Origin: Eledone cirrhosa
Taxonomy: Eukaryota
Assembly (NCBI GenBank): GCA_964016885.1
Contig: CAXHJY010001034.1
Span: 20,207 to 84,206, forward strand
Length of the DNA stretch: 64,000 nt
Direction of reading: 5' to 3'
The notes below the pieces were generated by a model, which had not been told where the DNA came from, ran no database searches, and saw only the letters and a list, made by a program, of their open reading frames with translations. The position numbers were made by a program, and so were the translations under genes. This document shows positions 42,026-64,000 of the stretch, in pieces (within the stretch, counting starts at the first letter, position 1; each line of letters begins with the position of its first letter).

Positions 42026-42220
42026 CATATATATATATACATATATATATATACATATATATATATACATATATATATATGTATACATATATATATATAC
42101 ATATATATATACATATATATATATACATATATATATATACATATATATATACATATATATATATACATATATATATACATATATATATATACATATATAT
42201 ATACATACATATATATATAC

Positions 42221-42265
<45 letters not shown>

Positions 42266-42355
42266 CGTATATATATATACATATATATATATATACATAT
42301 ATATATATACATATATATATATACATATATATATATACATATATATATATACATA

Positions 42356-42391
<36 letters not shown>

Positions 42392-42403
42392 CATACATAT
42401 ATA

Positions 42404-42593
42404 TTGTTTAATATAAGGAACTGTTTCATTGTTTTATTCATTATTTGTTTAATATTTTATCTTGACTCTGTATACCGTTTATCTTTCACCGAAAGTGATT
42501 TTTCATTACATCTCTTCTTTCCATGATATCCGGAATACATTGAGTTCTTCGTACGGATTGGACACTACCGTAAACTCTTGGTAGATTTATCTA
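42404..42593 (+). mobile_element. 3' end of the 30260-30705 pLTR family
   Basis: Near-identical to 30516-30705. Confidence 0.8.
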
Positions 42594-43248
42594 CATATAT
42601 ATATACATATATATATATATATATTTTTTTTTTTTTGAAAGTGTTCGTTGTAAGAAACGAGAAACATATATATATATATCGTGAAATGCGACAGTTAGTT
42701 GATGCGTGAGAGAAAAAGTCTGTCTGAACGCGAATTTCACATCTGCGTGGTGTGTTCGTTTCTTTGACCGAGTATTTTCATAGTTTGTCAATAAATTTGC
42801 TGTGTATTCGTAATGTTACTCACACACCACCAGATTCTGCTATTTTTTTCTTTTTTCGGGGTGACCACTTATAACAATGAACGGCTGCGTGTTCGTATCA
42901 CGTCAGGGTTACCAATATGGTGAAGATACTGGGTTGTATGAATGTAACAAGGAGACATGGTTTGTGTGTATAATATTTAATCAAGTATTTAACAGTATAG
43001 TTGACATGTCAATGAATAAACGAAAGAATGAAGCAAAGTTAGTAGTTACCGTTTTGATTGCCAGGCAAACGCAGGCTGGCAGAAGACGCCTGGCAAAGGC
43101 CAGGCGCCGGAAAGGCAAATGAGAGAGTGAGAACTTAAAGTTGTTAGTTTTATAGGGTTCTGACCGGAAGTTACAGAAAGGGTTCTACTTCCCGTCTAGA
43201 TGTTGTTAATCTATTGGGGTTGTGAGTCACAACAAGGGAGGCCACTGC

Positions 43249-43287
<39 letters not shown>

Positions 43288-43411
43288 GTAAGAAACACAG
43301 TAAACCGTGTGTCTAAAATTACAAGGGTTGAAAAACCACATTTGTTTGAAATATTTAACCAAGAAGCAGACAGAATGATAAAATATACAAACCGCCTCAA
43401 TAACCATTATA

Positions 43412-43491
43412 TCTCTCGGACAGATTATCCCTAATCTGTTTCGCCCTGAGTGTGTTTGTAACAGATAATCCTGGGCTTCATCAGCGAGAGA
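43412..43491 (-). ncRNA. Second, identical canonical hammerhead ribozyme
   Basis: Duplicate of 41532-41611. Confidence 0.9.
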
Positions 43492-43667
43492 ATCTGATTA
43501 AATGCCACAAACACTATTTGCCAACGTTCACACAGAAAGATGAATTTGTCACCTCGTGCGCCGCTAGTCAAACGTGGTAAGCGTGTATTGAATAGAAATA
43601 ACAGTCAAACACACACAACTTAATAAGCTAAACTCTAATTTTCATATACATATATATATGTATATAC

Positions 43668-43708
<41 letters not shown>

Positions 43709-43765
43709 CATTTATATATATACATTTATATATATACATATATATATATACATATATATATATAC

Positions 43766-43812
<47 letters not shown>

Positions 43813-43889
43813 CATATATATATATACATATATATATATACATATATATATGTATACATATATATATATATACATATATATATGTATAC

Positions 43890-43958
<69 letters not shown>

Positions 43959-44317
43959 TATATATATATATACACATATATATATATATATACACATATA
44001 TATAAATATACATACACATATATATATATATACATATATATATAGCGGCGATGAATTAGTTTTGCGAGGTTTTTTATATGAAATCGTGTGTCGAAACAGA
44101 TATTGTTATAGTTGGGGAGGGTCATATTTGCGTAATATTGCCAGAATTAATAACAGAACACACTGTTTGGTTGGTTTTCGCTTCTCGCTGTCTTTTATAT
44201 ATATATATCTGCGATCTAACTTACTCGGTCCTCAATGTTGCCATTGACTGACCGGCGGTCAAAAATAATACAGATACAATATAGACAAACACATATATAT
44301 ATAGTTTACATAATTTA

Positions 44318-44355
44318 CATAAATCTTTCGTTGCACATCTGCAACATCGTCAGTG
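44318..44355 (-). ncRNA. Minimal hammerhead-like motif in the Naiad pLTR
   Basis: CA-CTGACGA-T-GTTGCA(gatg)TGCAAC-GAAA-GATT-TA-TG; core and stem II conserved versus 2683-2720 except at free position 7, while the flanks diverge. Confidence 0.55.
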
Positions 44356-44626
44356 GTGTTATATTCATTGTTCCTCCTGTTGTGTTGTATGTCTAGGCCA
44401 TTTTTTTTTGTTCAGTCTGTCTATATATTTATTTATTTATTTGCTTGTTTGTTTATCTTATTTTATTTTGTCTTCTTTGCGCATGCGTTTGCGTGTGTGT
44501 ATAGTGTTATGTGTGATGTGTGACTAGTGTGTATAGTGTTGTGTCTGCTGGGTGACTAGTGTGTGTTTATGTGCTTGTGTATGTATTTATTTATCTTATT
44601 TTATTTAATTTAATTTACTTATTTAT

Positions 44627-47600
44627 TTATACTTCTCTTAGGTCAGTGTTGTTTGTTTGGGTGTTGTTGTTGTTCCACTCATTCTTTCTGTTTAGCTTTG
44701 GTCTTCTAATTTCTATTTCACTGGCCTCTCTGATTTGCCTATCTGCTGGGTCATTCCTATGTTTAGATATTATTCTAATTTCTATGTTGTCTATGTTACC
44801 GTCATGTTGTTGTCTAGCATGTTCGTATAGTACTGACCCGTTTTTTCGTCCTTTTAGTTCCCCCCAGTGTTGGTCTATCCTTTCACCTATGCTACGAGCT
44901 GTCTCACCTATGTATGTTGTTGTCGTGTTTCTGCAAGTACCCTCTGTACATCTTATGCTATAGACTACGTTTCTAGTTTTACAGTTTATCCGGGGGTTCA
45001 CCTTACATATGATACATTTCCTATTGGTACAGTGGGTTTTCTTAAAAGGGTAGGTTTTGCTGATCAGGGATTTTATGGTGGTTCCTGGCTTTTCTACCAC
45101 CTTTATTTTTAAGTGGGTCTTTCTCAGGGCCTTTCTACACTGGTTAGCTAATTTCCCTCCAGGGGTGGCGTCCACAAACATGACACTCTGATATCTCTGG
45201 TTGTCGTACCATGATGTGGCCTTCCCTATCTTATGTCTAGCCCTATCTAAGCTATTCCATGATTTGCTCCTGTATAGTGGGCAAATTCCTTTCATGTCCA
45301 GTTCTATGAGGGTCTTATACTTTTCCATGGCTCCTTCGTATACTCTGACTCTGTCTCTTTGGTTGTAGCCAGAGAACTGCATGCGGTTGATGAAGTGTTG
45401 GATGTGTCCTTCCATTTCTGTTGGGTCGCACATGCTGGACACATTCTTCATCACTCGTACCAAATCTGCGATCAGAATATTAAACTTAGCACTACTGGAC
45501 ATTGCTGAGTTTTTGAGTATCAGGTATTTGGAGGCCATGGGTTTAGCATAGTGTGAGTGGAGAATTTGGGCTCTCTCGTCTATAGTGTTAATCCAGAGTT
45601 CTGTGTCTAATACAGGTAGTCTATTGTTAGGGTGTTTGGAAGGGAAGTCTATAGTTACAGTTATACTCTGGTGTATGGAATTAGCTATCTGCTGGATGCT
45701 TTCCATCGTGCTACGTTCTAAATCAAACTTGTTAGTGCTCTCTAGTGGGGGTGTTCTTATAACTATATTGATATCGTCTACATAACGAGAGTACATGATG
45801 AGGTCTATGGAGCTTTCATTAAGGAGATCTTTAAGTCTCCTTTCCCACCATACCATGAAAAGGTTGGCAACATCACCAGCTATGCTGACGCCGATGGCTG
45901 CTCCCTCATTTTGGGTGTAGATTTTCTCATTGAACTTAAATATGTGGCCCTTTAGGGTAGTTTTGATACTAGCCCCTATTGCATGTGCGACCATTTTTCT
46001 TACCTGATCAGTGTTTTGGGGGGTCCGTATAGCTTTGGTCCACCCAATCCACCTTCCTATGGGAGTCTTTTTAGCCATTGAGGTTATGGTGGGGCGTCTA
46101 CCTCTTATAGGTCTACTAGGGCAGAAACATCTAAGGTCATGGCTGTCTAGGTAGTCAGTGTCGTAGGTAAGTCTAAGTAGGAGGCCCAGTTCGTCTGTGT
46201 CGACGTCGCAGAACTCCACCTCACTCTCAATGATCATCTCCACACATCTTTTCACAGCAAAATCAATGTTAATGGATAGGTACAGTGACACCACATCCAT
46301 GCTGCCTATTATGCAGTTGGATAGGCTCCTGTTTTTGTTGCACTCACTGATTCTGCTGAGGAGGTCCTCTGTACTTTCACATACATCTGGGGACATCTTG
46401 ATTATGGGGCGTATAACCATTGAGAGGAAGTAGGAGATCCTGTAGTTGCTAGCTATATTAGCTCCGCATACGGGTCTTGTTGGTGGTCCTGTTGTCGGGT
46501 CGTCGACTGTCTTGTGGTCTTTGCGGAGCCCATACAAGGGTGGTATGCCATTGTTAGACGCCTGGAAGTTGTTGGCAGTGCGTCTGCTTGGCTTTAGGAT
46601 GTCAGTCCACATCATCATGTGAGCGTTGAGGATTTTTTCTCTCCCATCGTGTGTTAGTTGTGCAACTTCGCTCGTGTTGGTGATGTGGGGTTGCATTGCC
46701 TCGATGTAGTTCGGCATGCTATCTATTGACATCCTACCAGACTTATCTGTGGGTAGACACACTACCTCACCATCCCTTGTGCGCTGCTTGAGGCTAACCA
46801 AGCCTTCTACAGGTTTTATCCCAAGTTGTTGGGCCTCTGGTCTGCTCTGTCTCATAGTGTACCTGTCTACTACTTGTCTAATCTTATTTCTAGCTATGGT
46901 GAACTGTGCCTCCGTCTCGTCATCTATTTGCTGTGGTATGCAAACTCTTTTATTAAAGGGTAACCTCGTAGGATAGATATTACCCATCTTATATGTTTTG
47001 TCAGCTGGGTTGAAAAATAGTTTCTCTAAGGGGTTGTCGTTATTTCTATCGTCATAGTTGTGTGTGTTGCTATTATTGTTATCATGGTGGTTGTTGTTGT
47101 TTCTATCATTAGCATTAATATTATTATTGTTATGATTGCTAGATGTATTGTTGTTTACTTCACCGTTATTGTTGTTGTTGTTACTGCTATTTCTACCATT
47201 GTGGTTGTTACTATTATTATGTTTCTTGTTTTTGTTGATGTTGCTACATGTACTATTTCCATTATTACCACTGTGGTTATTGTTGTTGTTGTTGTTCGTA
47301 TTGTTACCGTTATTACTACTGTGGTCACTGTTGCTGTGTCTGTGGTTAACGTTTCTATTATTATTATTATTATTGTGGTTGTTGTTGTTCTGTCTATCGC
47401 TAGTATTATTACCATTATCACTATTTCTCACTTTCCTGCCATTGTTATGGTTATGGCTGTTATTTCTATACCCAGAGTTATTGTTTATATTACTACTACC
47501 GTTATTATTGTTGTTGTTGTTTACCTTTGCATTCCAACGTATTTTTGTGAAACACTTTTCCAGCTCCGTTTTGCATTCCATAGGGTTAATCTTTTTGTAG

Positions 47601-47653
47601 ATGGCAAATTTTGGTGGTAACTTTAGGATTTGTTGTTCTTGTTCACTGATTAA
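44627..47653 (-). CDS. PLE reverse transcriptase plus GIY-YIG endonuclease
   Basis: PPKF, KIRW, Asn-rich tract, [22 protein letters not shown], long insertion in fingers, [25 protein letters not shown] linker, VVYSIRC...YIGET. Confidence 0.92.
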   Translation of the reverse strand, partial: LISEQEQQILKLPPKFAIYKKINPMECKTELEKCFTKIRWNAKVNNNNNNNGSSNINNNSGYRNNSHNHNNGRKVRNSDNGNNTSDRQNNNNHNNNNNNRNVNHRHSNSDHSSNNGNNTNNNNNNNHSGNNGNSTCSNINKNKKHNNSNNHNGRNSSNNNNNNGEVNNNTSSNHNNNNINANDRNNNNHHDNNNSNTHNYDDRNNDNPLEKLFFNPADKTYKMGNIYPTRLPFNKRVCIPQQIDDETEAQFTIARNKIRQVVDRYTMRQSRPEAQQLGIKPVEGLVSLKQRTRDGEVVCLPTDKSGRMSIDSMPNYIEAMQPHITNTSEVAQLTHDGREKILNAHMMMWTDILKPSRRTANNFQASNNGIPPLYGLRKDHKTVDDPTTGPPTRPVCGANIASNYRISYFLSMVIRPIIKMSPDVCESTEDLLSRISECNKNRSLSNCIIGSMDVVSLYLSINIDFAVKRCVEMIIESEVEFCDVDTDELGLLLRLTYDTDYLDSHDLRCFCPSRPIRGRRPTITSMAKKTPIGRWIGWTKAIRTPQNTDQVRKMVAHAIGASIKTTLKGHIFKFNEKIYTQNEGAAIGVSIAGDVANLFMVWWERRLKDLLNESSIDLIMYSRYVDDINIVIRTPPLESTNKFDLERSTMESIQQIANSIHQSITVTIDFPSKHPNNRLPVLDTELWINTIDERAQILHSHYAKPMASKYLILKNSAMSSSAKFNILIADLVRVMKNVSSMCDPTEMEGHIQHFINRMQFSGYNQRDRVRVYEGAMEKYKTLIELDMKGICPLYRSKSWNSLDRARHKIGKATSWYDNQRYQSVMFVDATPGGKLANQCRKALRKTHLKIKVVEKPGTTIKSLISKTYPFKKTHCTNRKCIICKVNPRINCKTRNVVYSIRCTEGTCRNTTTTYIGETARSIGERIDQHWGELKGRKNGSVLYEHARQQHDGNIDNIEIRIISKHRNDPADRQIREASEIEIRRPKLNRKNEWNNNNTQTNNTDLREV

Positions 47654-55167
<7,514 letters not shown>

Positions 55168-55342
55168 GCTAGATAAATCTACCAAGAGTTTACGGTAGTG
55201 TCCAATCCGTATGAAGACTCAATGATCTGTTAAATATGCATACCCACATTATAACACATATATACCCCTAGAAACCGATCGTTCATAGTGAACTTTTGTT
55301 CAATCAAGAGAATTGTTTGTTCATTATTGTTAATATTTTATC
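55168..55342. mobile_element. Rearranged remnant of the 30260-30705 pLTR family (inverted 3' end joined to a forward half-hammerhead)
   Basis: 55170-55224 is the reverse complement of 30649-30704; then ATCTGTTAAATATGCA...CCTAGAAACCGATCGTT. Confidence 0.7.
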
Positions 55343-55382
55343 ATATATATATATATATATATAATATATAATATATCTAAAT

Positions 55383-55429
<47 letters not shown>

Positions 55430-55437
55430 TATATATA

Positions 55438-55593
<156 letters not shown>

Positions 55594-55600
55594 GTATATG

Positions 55601-55631
<31 letters not shown>

Positions 55632-55632
55632 G

Positions 55633-55694
<62 letters not shown>

Positions 55695-55698
55695 TGTA

Positions 55699-55733
<35 letters not shown>

Positions 55734-55747
55734 TGTATATAATATAT

Positions 55748-55834
<87 letters not shown>

Positions 55835-55837
55835 TAA

Positions 55838-56004
<167 letters not shown>

Positions 56005-56064
56005 TGTATAATATATATATATTATATAGTATATATATATATTATATATATATATAATATATAT

Positions 56065-56163
<99 letters not shown>

Positions 56164-57632
56164 TATATATATATATATATATGTGTATATATTATATATA
56201 TATGTATATATATTATATATATATATATATATATGTATATAGATATAAATATATATGTATTATATACAATATTATATATATACTATATTAATTATGAAAC
56301 TATATATATAACCATATCTATGCATCAAAATACAGCCCCCTCAACATACCAATATACTATACAGTTTCATCATACAATATCAATAGCACATCACCTCCTA
56401 TAATAAACTATATTCGACATACCGTAATAAACATCAACTTCATTTGAAGAGGTTCCTCTAGCAGTGGAAATACAGAGGAGAGAAAGAAAGAGAGAGAGAA
56501 AAGAGCCACTTCCCGCCCGCCCGTGCCCCCCCTAGAAAAGGAAGAAAAGAAGAAAAAGAAAAAGAAGAAATGCATGGGACAAAATAGAGAGATGGAAAAA
56601 TAGATAAAGCGAAGAGCTTCATGTAAGAGACAGGAGAATTAAGAGAGAGAGAGATACATATATAAATATAGATATAGAAAATAGTAGTGGGAGTCATTTT
56701 GAGTAAGTGTATCAATGATGCATTATTTATTTATATGTATTTATTTATTTATTTATTTAGCTCAAGTATTAATGTAAGGGAGATATATAGAAGAGATATA
56801 GAGAGATTATAGAGAGATATAGAGAGAGAAAAAAATTTAAAAATAGCCAGACATATTCGAGGCGTAGAGAACCTAGTTAATTATAGTATTATAACTTACA
56901 CTTATTCTATATTGTAATATCAGTATTCCGAATGAAACAAGTATTCACAATGCGTGAAAATTCATTATCTTATGTTTAGTTTTTTAAAAAATTCATATGT
57001 CTATGTGAATCCAACTGATTCACTCCGCAAATTCAAAGTTACCGGAAACATTCTCAATGTGGTATAAAAATTGAGCGTATTATTATTCTTGCGATTACTC
57101 TACAAGATTATCTATCAAGCAGAAATAGAGAGCAGATTTCAATATACTAATCGAAAATATATATTATATTATAAGCAGAGATAACAATAATAATGATAAT
57201 AAGTAAAAATATATAAAATATAAAAATATAGAATAGAAAACTAAAAAAGAATATTACGAAAGAATATTACATAATAAAAATATTGCATATTAAAAATACT
57301 ACGTATTAAAAATATTACGTATTAAAACTTTACATATAAAAATATTAAAAATAAAAATTTACATATAAAAAAAATTTACATATAAAAAAATATTTACATA
57401 TAAAAAAATATTAAAAATAAAAATAGATAAATAAAAAATAAAATTATAGATACTACAATACTAAAAGAATAAAAATAAAAATAAAAATAAAAATAAAAAT
57501 AAAAATGAAAATAAAAATAAACCACAAAGAACAACCCTTCAAAGTTAATTGACAATATATTGCCAAGTTCACTACAAGACAAAGCCAAAAATTATCTATC
57601 AAATCACATCTAGCAAGGAATATCGCAAAAAA

Positions 57633-60542
<2,910 letters not shown>

Positions 60543-61295
60543 CTCTTTTACTCTTTTACTCTTTTATCTGTTTCAGCCATCCGGCTGAGGCCATGCTGGG
60601 GCACCGCCTTTGTTGCTACACATTTTATCTCCAGCCTGTATAGGTTGGCCACTGGTGTAGGAGGGAGTTTGTTGCTGCTGCCCTTAGGTTTCCCTCGTGT
60701 CTTGCTGTGGGCTCATCCGGGATCCTGGATAACAAGTTGTCCAGATGTTTCTTAAAGACATCCACCTCCACGTCATGCAAGTCTCGCAGATGCCTCGGCA
60801 GCCTGTTGAAGAGTTGAGGGCCCTTGAATCCCAGGCTATTGCAATACCTGCTCCTTATTCTAGATGTGGAAGACGGGACCTTTGGCACCACACAGTGACG
60901 TCCTGTTCGACGGTTGGTCCAGCTCCCAATGCCAAAGTTTGGTGCTAGTCCCTCCAGGATTTTCCACATGTAGATCACTGCGTATCTCTCCCGTCTTCGC
61001 TCCAAGGAGTAGAGGTTCAGTTCCTTCAGCCTCTCCCAGTAGCTTGTCTCCCTCATCTTGGCAATCCTCTTGGTGTAGCTTCGCTGGATTGCCTCAAGCT
61101 CTGTGGTTAGTTTGACACTATGGGGTGACCACAGCTGGGAGCAGTAGTCCAGCGGCTTAGGACAAAAGTCCTCCACAGTGTCAACATGGTGTCTCGATCT
61201 CTTGTAAGGAAAGTCCTCAAGATCCAGCCAGCGAATCGTCTACATGCTGTCGCCACCTTCATGATGTGTGAAGAAAAAGATGCATCATCGCTCGT
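60543..61295 (-). mobile_element. CR1-clade LINE 3' end with a short repeated AAAAGAGT tail
   Basis: LDYCSQLWSP, LEAIQR, YWERLKELNLYSLERRR, FNRLP, FKKHLD; 3'UTR GCGGTGCCCCAGCATGGCC. Confidence 0.88.
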
Positions 61296-61426
61296 GTGTG
61301 TATTCATATACACACTAGTATTTCAGTATGCATATGTAGATGTAATTTTTTAACTTAATTGTTTAAGCGTCAGTCATACAAAAGTGAGTTACAAACGAAA
61401 CGAAATTTAATTTCGTTTCGTTATTT

Positions 61427-61574
<148 letters not shown>

Positions 61575-61598
61575 ATATATATATATATATATGTATGT

Positions 61599-61730
<132 letters not shown>

Positions 61731-61757
61731 ATATATATATATATATATGTATGTATA

Positions 61758-61810
<53 letters not shown>

Positions 61811-61811
61811 A

Positions 61812-61868
<57 letters not shown>

Positions 61869-61899
61869 GTGTATATATATATATATATATGTATGTATA

Positions 61900-62091
<192 letters not shown>

Positions 62092-62128
62092 AACAAATAT
62101 ATATATATAAACATATATACATATATAT

Positions 62129-62174
<46 letters not shown>

Positions 62175-62175
<1 letters not shown>

Positions 62176-64000
62176 AACAAATTAACAACACACCAAAACA
62201 ATTAAAACCATCCACTCTCGCCTCTACATTTTTGCTTAACGCCCAAGGCATCAGCCCTTCCACCAATACTCAAAAATGGAAGATCAAATTCCTGGAGGAC
62301 TGGATTGATGTCCATCCAAACCACATCCCTTTCTTCGTCCTCACTGAAACCCATCTCAGTAACCTCCACTTGGAAGCCGAGGTGAAAGTGAAAAATTTCA
62401 AAGCCATCCGTGCTGATCGCGCTGGCAGAAGAAAGGGCGGAACTGCCATTTATGTCCATAATTCTTTCTCAACAGAGGCTATGAACATATTCACTAATGG
62501 ATACTGTGAGGCAGTCACTGTATTCAGTCAAACCAACAACCTATTAGTAGTTGGGCTCTATAGGCCACCCCAAACGCCTGTACCATGCTTCAAGGAATGC
62601 CTCAACAGCATAAAGTGTTTCATCCAAGAGTGTCACCCTGACAACATCTTAATGATGGGGGACTTCAACCTCCCCGGAGTTGACTGGTCCACAAACACCC
62701 TGCCACCAGGTTCTTCTGCCTCAACCTCTGACAGGGAAGCTGTGGAATCGCTTCTTGACTTCATGGATGATTTCTTCCTATCCCAACTAGTGCTCGAACC
62801 AACGAGGTGCCACAAAAACGTCCTAGACTTAATTTTCAGCAATCACACTGACAATATCCACAATATTGCAGTGGAGAAAACTCTACTCTCTGATCATGAC
62901 ATGGTTCTCTGTGATCTGAGATTCCACCGTCCAATATACAAACCCAATGTCATTTCTCCTGTCCATCCGTTTGACGCTATGGATTTCCACAATGCAAACT
63001 GGGAAGCGATCAGTCATGATCTTGCACATGTCGACTGGTCCTTCACGCACACTCATACACCCACTAACATCAAAAAGTCCTGGCAGACATTTGTGGACAC
63101 TGTTACAAACATATGTGCTAAACACACCCCATTAAGAACTATAAACAAATCTAAGAGCAGAATCCCTAGAAATAGAAAAACACTCATCAGAAAAATTAAG
63201 AGAACGAACAAAAAAATCAACAAGCTGAAATACTGTCAGCAGCAACACATCAACTTGACTGCCATTTCATCACTAGAGATTAAAAAACATAACCTCCAAA
63301 ACAACATAATGTCCCTCATCAACAATCAGAGAAGAGCTGAAGAGGCCTGGGCCATTGAGAAGATCAAACTCAATCCCAAAGTGTTCTTTTCATTTGCAAA
63401 AAAACACAAAATCACTGGCTCTACTGTTGGCCCTCTAATTGATGAAAATGGCACTCTTCAAGACAATGCTAAAACCATGGGTGAGATACTGCAGAAACAA
63501 TACTGCTCTGTTTTCAGCAATCCTGATATGGCCGATCTGGGCTGTATCGGCGATGTTACTCCCCATTACACCTTATCGGACATAACGTTTGGCGCCCCTG
63601 ATGTCTTGGCGGCAATAAAGGAAATCAAGCATAATTCAGCAGTAGGTCCCGATAGGTTCCCTGCTTGTGTCTTGAAGGCGTGTCAACACCAACTTGCTTC
63701 TCCTCTTGCCAATCTGTGGCGGAACTCACTGGATGCTGGATATGTGCCAGAAAACCTTCTATCCCAGTCTGTTGTCCCAGTTTTCAAAAAGGGAAACAAA
63801 TCCCTTGCCGTGAATTACCGTCCAATCTCACTCACCTCTCATATCATTAAGGTATTTGAGCGAGTGGTGAGATCGCGAATGACCCACTTCCTTGAGAGTA
63901 ACAATATGCTGAACTCCAACCAGCATGGATTCCGTAATGGAAGGGATTGCCTGACGCAACTACTGCATCACTTTGATGACATTTTGAGAGCCTTGGGAGA
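62175..64000 (+). CDS. CR1-clade LINE ORF2: APE endonuclease plus RT N-terminus, runs off the window
   Basis: [68 protein letters not shown]; first and last motifs are in the same frame; absent from the ORF track, presumably because there is no stop. Confidence 0.85.

Larger units (their letters stand above)
40748..43648. repeat. Local duplication, period ~1880 bp (40748-41770 and 42625-43648)
   Basis: About 1 kb of non-microsatellite sequence is repeated with only a few differences. Confidence 0.92.
44048..47653 (-). mobile_element. Near-complete Naiad-like Penelope element (5' end lost in TA tract)
   Basis: About 1000-codon open frame plus a 3' pLTR homologous to 2449-3110. Confidence 0.9.

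Noticed and set aside
44627-47653. Selenoprotein-type Naiad
   Set aside because: No in-frame TGA in the visible ORF; SECIS not assessed.
56280-57632. Possible gene or promoter in an AT/AG-rich unique stretch
   Set aside because: No credible ORF or motif; low-complexity and possibly low-quality sequence.

Overview
This is eukaryotic, repeat-saturated intergenic or intronic DNA. The SINE types, RTE/CR1 LINEs and very long (TA)n tracts suggest a coleoid cephalopod such as Octopus (inference, not database-checked). No host gene is confidently identifiable, and the long Ile/Tyr ORFs are microsatellite artefacts. The window holds nested non-LTR retroelements: RTE (including a lineage with a PHD finger inside the RT), Tx1-like L1, CR1, and Penelope-like elements (PLEs), one of them a near-complete Naiad-like ORF. 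It also has tRNA-type SINEs, a bipartite non-autonomous RTE array and two minisatellites (85 and 70 bp). The signal not shown by the ORF track has three parts. (1) About a dozen type I hammerhead-ribozyme motifs from roughly 7 distinct PLE pseudo-LTR families, including a canonical duplicated pair and a U3-A8 core variant with covarying stem I. (2) A shared short motif about 30-46 nt before their 3' junctions with (TA)n. (3) A recurrent tail-out fold-back insertion architecture inside (TA)n, seen in PLEs and also in an L1/Tx1 element. All structures were folded by eye and need computational and experimental confirmation.
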